A DNA stretch of 64,000 nucleotides, from the NCBI RefSeq assembly GCF_963675165.1, contig NC_087392.1:142022-206021 (forward strand), in the 5' to 3' direction. Source of the DNA: Halichondria panicea (lineage: Eukaryota). Position 1 is the stretch's first letter, and the number at the start of each line of letters is the position of its first letter. Position numbers and translations under genes: made by a program. Shown piece by piece: positions 23,761-52,211 of this stretch. The notes under the pieces were generated by a model. That model made no database searches. It was not told where the DNA came from and saw only the letters and a program-made list of their open reading frames with translations.

Positions 23761-24089
23761 ACTTACACAAGCTGCTCTGTACTATACTGTGGGGCAAGCT
23801 AGTTCATGTACCACATCTCTTGATCTGATAAGCAGTCTCTATAATAATTTCACGTGATTATAGCTACACCCATCTCTTTAAAGATTGTGCTGAGTCAGCA
23901 ACTAGACTGTAAGAGCATCACATCACATGTTGGAACTGGAACTAAAGGAATAACACATAACACAGTGATACAGCCATTCTCAGAGTGTCACAAGATCAGT
24001 AGCAGCCAGCCCTGTCAACAGGAGAAAGAAAAGTCTGTTTTGTTAACATTTCAATATCCTCAACACGTACGTCACACCTCACCGTGTCG
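23761..24089. promoter_or_regulatory. About 330-bp divergent intergenic region between the putative intersectin start (-) and the CHMP2 start (+); presumed bidirectional promoter.
   Basis: Gene arrangement only. Confidence 0.3.
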
Positions 24090-25069
24090 ATGTTCCGAAA
24101 GCCAGATCCAAAAGGTATATATAAACTATAGTGACTAGACTGTGTTCATACGATGATTGTGTATTCCACTTTAGAGCAGATGCGTGCTCAACAGCGCGTG
24201 CTACGCAAGACCACCCGAGATCTAGAGAGGGACAGACACTCACTGGAGCGTCAGGAGAAAGCTTTGGTGAGGACTCCATACCCGCTATCCTCATTCTTTG
24301 TGCTCTGTGAATATCACATGACTATATCAATCGCTCATATATAGGAGACAGAGATTAAGAAGGCAGCCAGACGAGGAGATAAGCAGGCTTGCGGAGTCTA
24401 CGCTAAACAGCTGGTCAGACTGAGACAACAGAAGACCAAGTCGATGAGTCTCAGCTCAACCATCACCTCCACAGGTCACCAAATGAAGGTACTGTGTGTC
24501 TGTTGGATAATAACGATATCATTATGGGCCTGTGCATTCTCACAATTAAAATATGTAGCTCTTTGAAAGTCTATCTAATGATGTGTTGAGATGCCTTTCA
24601 GATCGAGATATTCCATTATCAAGCATGGGCTATTATATTTGCTTATAGCTTGTACACAAAATAGAAGTTCATAAGTACATGTACATACAGTTGCTGAAAA
24701 ACTTTTTGTTTACATTGTGCATACAAATGACGGTAGGCTTGACAGTGAAAGTATAAGCTCTCCCACAGTTCAACTCTTACTGTATTTACGATTGTGTGCT
24801 TAATTGTTGTGCTTGCAGGCTATGGAGAGCCAAGCTAAGATGGCAGCGGCCATGGGGTCTACTGCAAAGGCAATGGGAGCCATGAACAAACAGATGAAAG
24901 TGGAGGACATACAGAGCACTATGATGAACTTTGAGAGGGAGTCTACCAAGATGGATATGGCAGGAGAGCTCAGTGAGTAGTGGGAGGTGGCATTTCCTTA
25001 ATATACTTAAAAGTTGGTACCTTAATGCAATAACATGTTCTCACACATGCGTCCCTCACAACACTCCCA

Positions 25070-25109
<40 letters not shown>

Positions 25110-25448
25110 TGGACGACACTCTAGACTCGCTTCTAGCTGGCTCGGATGATGAAGCTGAGGAAGATGCTGTCATCACACAAGTACTAGACGAGATTGGCAT
25201 AGACATTACGAGAAAGGTAATTCAAACACCTATGCAGCCATAGGTATCTCCAATCTCCACTATTATCCCTAGAAATGATTCCCAAAGTATTAAAGGTCTT
25301 GTACTTGTGTAGCTGTCATGTTATAACTTGACCCCCCCCCCTTCAGCTTGATGGAGTGGGTGTGGCCAACAAGCCGCTGAGTCATGGAGAAGCAAGCTCC
25401 TCCAAGAGTGATGACCTTACGGACAGATTACGACAGTTGCATAGTTAG
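24090..25448 (+). CDS. CHMP2A: Charged multivesicular body protein 2 (ESCRT-III, Vps2/CHMP2), 5 exons. ATG at 24090 (MFRKPDPK, donor gtatat at 24115). Exons at 24090-24114, 24173-24290, 24352-24481, 24818-24966 and 25107-25209, with terminal exon 25345-25448 (...SDDLTDRLRQLHS*) and stop at 25446-25448.
   Basis: Aligns along CHMP2A:
- EQMRAQQRVLRKTTRDLERDRHSLERQEKAL.
- EIKKAARRGDKQACGVYAKQLVRLRQQ.
- AMGSTAKAMGAMNKQMKVEDIQSTMMNFERESTKMDMAGEL.
- DDEAEEDAVITQVLDEIGIDI.
- C-terminal MIM1-like LTDRLRQL. Confidence 0.85.
25072..25106. repeat. (CA)n microsatellite in a CHMP2 intron.
   Basis: Direct reading. Confidence 0.95.
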
Positions 25449-25709
25449 CCAGCCATCTTGTGGACACTCTCACAACACATTTTATCCTGTCGTTATATTT
25501 AGCAAATTAGTATAATAATTAATTATTGTGCAAATGTCTTGAAAGATAATTTTATTGATTGAACAAACATTAATCTGGCTACTAACTACTGGCTACTAAC
25601 TACTGCCTGTCTCTGTTAGTCCACACTTGTCCCTGAGTATCTTCACAACATGATCATAGGAACTGCAGTAAAGAGGATAATAGTTAATTAGTAGCTTGTA
25701 ATTAGCTAA

Positions 25710-26702
25710 TCACCTTCCGTTTCTGACGATCTTGAATGCCCCCTGTGTGGCCAGATGGACTACAGTGGACCCACTTCTACTGGACACCCTCTCATCTTCA
25801 ACTATCCTACCACCATCAACAACAAGGTCCAGGTTAGGCCACAGCTCCTTGAACTCCTGCACAAGGAGAAAACATCTGTATGGTATGGATTCAACATGAA
25901 GGGTAGTTTGATAAATAATTATGTGAGGAATGTTTCATCAAAAGCATTATGTTTAGTACCCATACCTCTACAGCTAGAGTGCTCCTAGTGTCACTGATGT
26001 TGGCGCTGGTGAGGGCTATGGGATAGCCACACTCTCGTACCAGCTGGCGTATGAAGTCATGGTCCGGTATCCTCACTCCAACAAGGGACGTGTCAGGATT
26101 GAGTGCAGGGGGGAGGGAGGAACGTCTCTCAAACACAAGTGTCACTTGACCAGGGAGCAGTTGTTCCAGTACCTCCCTACCCACAGTCACATTAGCCCAT
26201 CTGCATGAACCACACAAATTATAAGACATTAATTAATAATCTTAAAAAGATGGACTTTGGAATTATCAGTTGTAATGAGTGAGAAGACTCAAGTTGGATA
26301 AATCTCTTACTTGTCCACATCATCCAGATCACCGACACAGATGGCGATGGGTTTGCCTTTATTTCGACCTTTAATCTTGTACAATCTCTCAATACCTTGT
26401 ACAGAGTTCACGGATGCTGCAATACCATATATGGTGTCCGTTGGGAGAGCGACCACACCTCCAGAGTTGAGCACAGCTGCTCCCTCCCTCACAATACGAT
26501 CAATGGGTTCCTGTGTGGAGGAGAATATAATATGAAGTATCATGTTGTATTCATCGCAACAATGACTCACTTCGCTGATTTTGAGTATTTTTGCCGCCAT
26601 TGATGAGCTCCTCAGCCTCCTGCAGTTGAGTGCTTGTGCTTGTACCAGGAGTCCCGATCTGCTACAACTGAATAGACGGCTGCACCATGCACAACTGATC
26701 AT
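25710..26702 (-). CDS. YRDC: YrdC/Sua5-family threonylcarbamoyl-AMP synthase (YRDC), about 4 exons. Stop at 25710-25712. The N-terminus is R/S-rich (MISCAWCSRLFSCSRSGLLVQAQALNCRRLRSSS), which resembles a mitochondrial presequence, upstream of an alternative Met at 26600.
   Basis: GGVVALPTDTIYGIAASVNSVQGIERLYKIKGRNKGKPIAICVG, WANVTVGREVLEQLLPGQVTLVFERRSSLPPALNPDTSLVGVRIPDHDFIRQLVRECGYPIALTSANIS, and C-terminal EFKELWPNLDLVVDGGRI...GSTVV. Confidence 0.8.
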
Positions 26703-26853
26703 TTATACACGGGAGACAAGTCATTGCACCACCATTGCATTGTATTGCAATAATGTGCCCCCTCGATCCAATTCCCAAATGTCGCGGGGGTAAGACTGAC
26801 AAGCTGTTGAATTACTGACCGAGGTTCGATTCGAGGAAAGATTCTTTTTTTCG

Positions 26854-26867
26854 GTTGCCCAGGCAAC
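26854..26867 (+). promoter_or_regulatory. X-box (RFX transcription-factor binding site) GTTGCC-CA-GGCAAC, a perfect palindromic half-site pair, 63-76 bp upstream of the start codon of the ciliary (CFAP47-like) gene.
   Basis: Matches the consensus GTNRCC-N(0-3)-RGYAAC. The location upstream of a gene encoding a cilia/flagella-type protein is typical of the RFX ciliogenic regulon. Confidence 0.6.
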
Positions 26868-26878
26868 TATTTATAAAG
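26868..26878 (+). promoter_or_regulatory. TATA box (tatttataaag), about 55 bp upstream of the ATG at 26930.
   Basis: Canonical TATAAA at the right distance from the first coding exon, immediately adjacent to the X-box. Confidence 0.45.
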
Positions 26879-26929
26879 CCGTAGCCTAATCCCTGAGTTC
26901 ATCAAAGACAGTCTTTTTGGCAGCGCAGA

Positions 26930-44013
<17,084 letters not shown>

Positions 44014-44217
44014 GCATGCATGGCAGTTTTACCATTACATGATGTTTTAACATATTGTGTGCAATTTTCAGAACAAGTATTTTAAACATAATTATTGAAA
44101 AAAGCAATGTGCAACCTCAACTATAATATCAATTATAATAAGCATACAGAAAAAATACCAATGCAAAGTGGGTCAGAAAACAGCTTGACTATAATTACTA
44201 TTGTTATAAAGTTTTAA

Positions 44218-46480
44218 TTACTTAATTGTGGTGCACTTCTGGCAGAGAATTTCTCCGAGGTTTGTTTCAAAGAAGTCTGTTGTGGCCACACTGGACCCGC
44301 ATAGGTTGCATGTGAAGCACTCCAGATGAAACACCTGCTCTCGATACACAGTGTGCTTTGAGGTAATCGGCTGGTGACATTTGAAACATTTCTTTGCAGA
44401 TTTAGCGGCACAATCTTGGCAAACTGGTTTGTCTTCTTTCTCCTTGACTTTCCCTTTATAGCCGATCATATTGATCCCACAGTACCCGCAGTTGAAGCAA
44501 TCAGGATGATACATTCCAAAGCCGAATTTCACTCCTCTTCCAATAACAGACTTTGTGCAGACGGTACACTTCTTGCCAACCTTGTCAGCGTAGCATGGCG
44601 TACACATTAGATTATCGTCCAACTCCTGAAACTCCCCATCAACCAACCAAGCCTGACACAGAGTACACTTGAAGCAATCGGAATGCCATGCTCTGGTTTT
44701 CTGCTTCATGTAGCTAACCGTGGGTATGATAGCGTTCTTGCAAGCATGGCACTGGGCGACGGGCTCCATGCAATCACCACACAGCAGGTCACCTTTGACT
44801 AAGTAGTGCTTAGTTTGAGACACGTCTTCTTGACAGCGTCTGCACACAAAGCACTCTTTATGCCACGATCGATTTTTGAAATGCATGACTTTGGCTCGTA
44901 GGCTGATAGGCTCGTGGCAACTCTCACAAATGGCTGCGTACTCTCGATCGTAACAGCGGCTGCAGTAGAGGGAATCAGATATCTCTTTGAATGATGAATC
45001 GTGGAGAAGGGTGTCACATTCAGAGCAGCATAAGTGTTGCTTGTGGTATTTCTTTCCTCCAGACTCAGTCACAGTGTCTGAAAAGACCAGCTGAGGATAG
45101 GAACAAATATGGAATAATGAATCAATGCATGGTTACGCACTGAATAGATGTATAATGTTGCAATTTGCTGTATGCAAGCTACGTACTGATACATGTTTGT
45201 AAGTTAAGTTACAGGTTAACCTCACCTCATCACAGCCAGAGCATCTTGGCACGAGTGAGTCTCCATGATGTCTCCCACAGAGGAGGACATTCTTTTCTGA
45301 TGAATGAAAGTAGATCAAGTCAACCAGCAGCTCCTGGCATGTCTCACACCTGATGCATGATCACCAGAAGTTAGGGTTTAGGGTTCTAAACCATTGTACA
45401 GTGGATTGTAGTGCACTTGCAACAGAGAATTGCCAGACAGCAAAACCACAATTTAGATTGTTAGATATGAATAATTTATCATTAATCAGGGCCGAAACTG
45501 AAATGAAAGGGGAAATTATATTTAGCATAGTTATTTCGGTCACTTCTGAATCTACAAAATGAATAATTCTAGCACATATCTGAGAGGTTAAGGTTTTAGG
45601 CTAATTATCTACATGTAATTATCTACTATTATTGTGGTTTTGCTGTTAGGCAATTCCCTGTTGCAAGTGCACTGCAATCCACTGTAGTGGCTTACGTGAA
45701 GCATTGAGGGTGCCATGCCTGGTCATCACCAACTCTCTCTGCTTGCACATAGACAGCTCCTAGATCAATCACTTCAGTGCAACCAACACAGGCCTAATAG
45801 AGGGAAATAAGCACAGCATGTCAACACACACTGCATGCAGTTAGTTAGTCTTACCAAACTCTCTGTGGCTGTCATTTTGTCCACTGAGCCCACTCCAAAG
45901 AACCTTCTCTTAGTTCTGTCGACAAATTTGCCCATTCGTTTCTTATCCAGGTCAGCCATTTTGTGGCAAGCATCTAGATTGCTATCATAGACTGGGAGCT
46001 GCTGCATAAACTGCTGAATGCGATGCTTCTCTCCTCTGGACCCTCTGAGTGGTACTTTGTCTTTGGGCAGACACTGCATGTACTGCTCAACCTGTACATA
46101 CAACAATAGATGCATGATTATGTACATAGCCAATAAATACACTGTAGCTGCACCAACCAAGTCAGGAGTGAGTTCACTGGGGTACCAGGCATACTTCTCA
46201 TTGAGTCTTTGTTCCCAGGCTGAGAGAGAATGGCCATTTTGTGTGCTCTGGTTGTCTAGGTAGACCATAGTGTCTCGAGGGTCAGACTCCAGCAAGTGTT
46301 GGTCTCTCACACAGCAACATGTGATGCACTTCTTCCTGCAAGAGTAGATTGTTTGAGAGGATGCATGGTTGATATAGTGTATGTGTTATAGGGTACCTCC
46401 AGACATGTGGCATGTAACCGTGGCATTTATCAGTGCACTTTGAGCAAGGCTGGCCAATCAGGTTGTCGGTGGATGGAACC
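44218..46480 (-). CDS. PET-domain plus multi-LIM protein (Limpet/testin/prickle-like, FHL-like C-terminus), at least 5 exons; the 5' end is not defined. Exon layout:
- N-terminal Cys-rich exon at about 46398-46480 ([19 protein letters not shown]).
- PET domain at about 45860-46310.
- LIM1 split across about 45722-45800 and 45170-45320.
- Large terminal exon 44218-45100 with five further LIM domains.
Stop at 44218-44220.
   Basis: PET motif: [38 protein letters not shown]1: [32 protein letters not shown]|[35 protein letters not shown]|[25 protein letters not shown]. These are followed by four more C2HC/C2H2 LIM repeats ending CQKCTTIK. Confidence 0.75.
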
Positions 46481-46732
46481 TAATCAAGAAAGACACTATC
46501 AACTTAATCATAGCTCATGTATTACTCCTCTGAGCAATACACAGATCCACCCCCTTTTTTGAGGTTTTAGCAAGAGCCTAAAGCATGGATTATACCTTCT
46601 CCAAGTTTGACTTCTTCAAAGAGTACACAATGGGGTCACTTCCTGTCCTGGACCTGCTCTCCACTGTGATGAGCCTCTTAGGCAACGATACAGGGCCTGC
46701 TCCAGCCATCTTGCATGAGGCAATACTGGGTG

Positions 46733-47168
46733 GCAGAGGAGGCTGGAACCACTTGACCTTAGCCAATTAAGGTCACTAATTGGATTTATCCAAACTTCTC
46801 TTGCAGACTACTTCAAGCCTAGTTTTTAGTGTCTGTCAGTTTAAAACGTTATTTTTCAAGGGGGGTCAAATTTTATTTTCGCCAATTTTGCTCAGAAGCA
46901 GAGATACAAGTCTCAAAGCCAGCTATGCAGTGACCTCGAGAACAAGCCGCTCATGATATCGAGGCTAGTACAAGAGCAAGACTTTTGATTGTATCTCTGC
47001 TTCTGAGCAAAATTGGCGAAAATAAATTTTGACCCCCCCTGAAAAATAACGTTTTAAACTGATAGACACTAAAAACTAGGCTTGAAGTAGTCTGCAAGAG
47101 AAGTTTGGATAAATCCAATTAGTGACCTTAATTAGCTAAGGTCAAGTGGTTCCAGCCTCCTCTGACTG
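46733..47168. mobile_element. Foldback/hairpin element of about 435 bp. It has about 170-bp near-perfect inverted arms around an ~80-nt loop (loop about 46900-46985), and lies in the region between the WEE1 3' end and the PET-LIM gene 5' region.
   Basis: The right arm (46980-47168) is the reverse complement of the left arm (46733-46900), read directly. No ORF. Confidence 0.8.
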
Positions 47169-47426
47169 GGTGGTCAATGAGCAAACACACCCACTATTAC
47201 TTTGATCATGCTTTGTAACCCATAACGCATGCGCACACTGTATGCGGCCATTCCGCGATTATGCTTGTGACCAGAGACAGTGCACAGTAACTCTCCATGT
47301 AATCATATCAGGAGTGCGCATGAATGATGTAATACAGTAGCAGATAGTAGAGGTTTCAACGGTAGGTAAAGTGATCAGAAAATTAATATTGAATTTACAA
47401 CAAGTAAAGAGAGGAGATAGCTATAG

Positions 47427-50246
47427 CTAGGCAATACTCATGCTTCTGTTCAGCTTGGTACCACCAAGAGCCACTTTCCCAATGGTCAGGTTAGGTCTTT
47501 GGGTGCAGGTGGTCCTTGCTTCCTTCAGTTCCCTATGCAAGAACAGGCGTACATGAGAGCACAGTACAAAGCTTAGTAGCTACATTACTCACCTAGTCAG
47601 TATTTCATTTTTAAATTTCTCTTCATTTAGTTCCTTGCACAGCTGAGCCTGCGTGGACACTAACACATGAACTACAACTAGCTGGTAATGAAGTACCTTT
47701 GATTTCTGAGCAGCTGAGCAAACTATAGGTAGTGCTAGTAGATCAGCAGCCGAGGGTCTGTGAGCAGGGTCAGACTGGATCATACGCTGCAGGAGGGGGG
47801 GGATAGCGTACACAACACTTAGTCTATGTGGGGGGTCTCACCACGAGCAGCTGGTTAAGTTTTGCCGAGCAATCAGACAGAGGCTCCAGCTGACCATCTC
47901 TGAAATATTCAAATACACGTAATAATAGGAGCACAATAACACACTGGCACGTACCGTATCCTGTGCCAGCTGTCTCCGTTCTTGGGCAGATCTAAACTGC
48001 TCCCCTGTGAAAACAAAATAATTATTGGCTAGTCTACAATACAGAGGAATTTATAACTCACAGCAGTGTATGTAGTGAGACCCAGAGCAAAGATATCCAC
48101 TTTGGGTAAATTATTGAAGTTCTATACGAAGGATTAATCGCACAAATAAATAATACACAGATCACATGACTATCATGTGACCTCACCTCTTGCAGTATCT
48201 CTCTGGGCAGGTAGCGACAGTCACCCTCCTCCACCTGGGGGTCACTGACAGAGGTCACCAGACCCATATCACCTGAGCAATAATTAGGTACATGTAGGGA
48301 AGTCCCCTATCATGTAGGGAAGTCCCCTATCATGTAGGGAAGTCCTCTATCATGTAGGGAAGTCCCCTATCATGTAGGGAAGTCCCCTATCATGTAGGGA
48401 AGTCCTCTATCATGTACATGTACCCTTACCAATTTTGTATATGAGGTCTCTTCCTTTCGAGCTTGTATCCTCCATGATGGTTGCCATGGCGGTAGGGAGG
48501 TGGGGCTCTAAGAGTGAGATAAAAATGTTGTCAGGTTTGATGTCCAAGTGGACGAGACCCATGGAATGGATGTACTGAAGACCCTGCAGTGAGTGGACAT
48601 GTAGTGGCAACTACACACAGAGCAATAATTGCAGAGACTCACTAAGCAGACGTGTCTCAAGAGGCTCTTTATCTCCTCCTCAGAGAACACTCCACCCGCA
48701 CGTCTGTTCTGGGCTATCCTGGACAAGAGGTTACCACCTGGTGGAATAAATAGAGAAAGCAGTTCATTTTGGACATTCACACAATGTACATAGCAAGCTA
48801 TCATATCAATGTTATAAGCTACAATTGATTAGCTACTGAAACATGATCAACACTCACCATTGCAGAACTCGTTTTGAATGAGCATGTGATTGTCCTCAGC
48901 CCAGGCACTGTAGTAGCGTACTAGGTGTGGGTGGGAGCCGAGGACAGCGTGAGCACACACCTCACGCAAAGCAGCGGCCCTACACACAACAGAAACAATT
49001 CAATACATAGCTACTACGAACATATCATGCTGCAAGCAAATGATCAAACACTCACTCGTCTGCAGAGCCAGCCACAGGCTTGTGTGATCTCTTGAGGGCA
49101 TAGACACAGCCGTCAAGACGATTGATGCATTTGAAGACGGTGCCGAATGATCCGGAGCCAATCTCACAGACCTCATGGAACTCCTCCTTGTAACGAGAGA
49201 TGTTACTCTCCCTTAGAGCCAGTTTCTGGAGAGAGAGAGAAAAAGTTACAAAGTGCTCCATTTAAACAGAAACTATATACAATGTTAGAACATAGCTGGA
49301 CCTTGTGTGGTTTTGCGAGGTCCTTGTCAAAGAGGGGGGTTAGCGAGACGGAGGCACCGTTGACGACAGGAGTGGCTTGAACACTTTTGCTTTTGCTCTT
49401 ACGCTGGAGCTCGACAGGAGTGAAGGGATTAACGTTGGTGCCCCTGGAGGGCCGGCGTCTCAGCTCAGGACCAGAGCGGGTCATGTGACTATGTTTGATT
49501 CGACTGCATACGGGGAAGATGATTAGAATCTTAACATTAAACTAAATGACTTACTTAAACAGTGATTTGGTTGGTCGCTGGACTGACTTTCCGGGTGTTT
49601 GGACTTGAACCCCAGAGCTCCTAGCGATACTGAGAGGTGTGCGAGGATAGTCAAACAGCTGCAGTCGCTCCAAGCGTGGAGGAGAAACCATCATGGTATC
49701 ATTGGGGGGGTCCTTGAGTAGTGAGTCCACACTGTCACAGCTGGTGTTGGGAGAGCCACACGAGGAGGGGCTGTCTTGAGAGAACAGACTAGTGGGACGA
49801 AAAGTTGAGAGAAGTTCTTTGGGAGTTTGGGGGGAGAAGAGACGTTGGCGTTTGTGGAGCGGGGTCTCAGCGAATGAGCCCTCCATGAGTTTGGGAGGGG
49901 TAGACTGAGGGGTGGCAAAGTTCATGGTCCATCCACCACCATCATCCTACGGAGAATTAATAATACGTTTAGTTGATGCTTAGTGAATGTGTACCTGTGA
50001 TGGACTCTCAAATAGCAGTCTCTTTGATGTCCTGGACTGATCCATGCTGCTGGACTGACTGTAGTATTCTGATGAGGAGCTGTGATCAGCTACAGCGTCA
50101 TCATCTGGGTCACTCTCTACAGAGCCAAACAGATTCTTCCTCACACCATCAGCCACCTTATCTGGAGTCTTGTCTTGACCTCTGCTCCGCTTGCTTACTG
50201 ATGATCTTACTTGCCAGCGATCTCGAGGAGATCTTAGAGTTTCCAT
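47427..50246 (-). CDS. WEE1: WEE1 G2 checkpoint kinase, about 9 exons. ATG at 50246 and stop TAG at 47427-47429. There is a small 45-bp intron at 49926-49970.
   Basis: The following segments align to WEE1:
- [48 protein letters not shown].
- [40 protein letters not shown].
- [18 protein letters not shown].
- [29 protein letters not shown].
- [19 protein letters not shown].
- C-terminal [19 protein letters not shown]...LNRSMSIA*. Confidence 0.9.
48291..48417. repeat. Six tandem copies of a 21-bp unit (catgtagggaagtcccctat) in a WEE1 intron.
   Basis: Direct reading. Confidence 0.95.
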
Positions 50247-51115
50247 ACTTGGATCAGAGTAGCTACTGATTTATTCAAATTTTTCTGAAACCTTTCACAT
50301 AATAAGATCACTAGACACAGCTCAGAGAGAGTAAGGGATATTTTCGTAGTTTTCTCGTATACTTCAAGTGTAACGGAACCCACGTGGCTTGGACCCTTTA
50401 TCTCTGGACGTACCCAGTTCTCTCCTATATCAATGGCTATGTATACTCTATACAAGCTCCAGCCTTCATGCAGCCTCCCCTAGAGAGCTGTAAGCCAGTT
50501 GTAGGTGAGTTGCTGTCACTAACTATCCACTCTCAATGCCTTTTCTCCCATAAATACTAAGCATGAGGGGTTGGACTTTTATATAGTGTCCTGTATCAAG
50601 ATGGCATTCTGTAGCTCTTTACATGTAGGGAGCTCTGTGTTAGGTTAAGGATCTGTTGCAAGCCATTTCCGGACAGTTGGCACCACCTATGGGCTATTTT
50701 TGAAGAATTTGCAAGTATAGTTGTAATCATTTCACTGATACCGAGTACTGTACTGTATTGTACCTTGTACTATGGTGTTCCATGTATTGAGCTATTTTGC
50801 AGAATGGTAATGAATAATACAGGATGCACTTACTCAATTCATGCTTTGACCAATAACCCACTAGAAAAATCACCTGTGTGTTTTTCTTGGGAAGTGTATA
50901 CTGTGTGTTTATCCATATTTAGAAGGGGAGATCTATATAGTCTACAAAATATTGAAATATAGTACGCAGAATTATTGGATTGCCTTATATGAACTGCATT
51001 CCATTCCGGTTATGTTTTGTGTTTAAGACCTCAACTTTGGGAGTAATTCAGTCAATTCTTGTTGTCAATTCTTCGGGAATACTATTATACTTCAGTCAAT
51101 TCTTGTGATTTGTGA

Positions 51116-52004
<889 letters not shown>

Positions 52005-52211
52005 AATGCAGGAGCAGATGAACTGAACTGATATTATACTAGTAGCTTGTAGAAGAAATTTGAGAAGCTGACTTTTGTAGTAGGGTCTATAGACCTATGT
52101 GTTCTGCTGTTTTTTGTGGTTTAATAACATCATTGATTGACACCTCAGCCCCGCCCATTTGTTGCTTTGCTAGCTAGCTTCAAGTGTAACTAAGTAACCG
52201 AGTTAATAATA

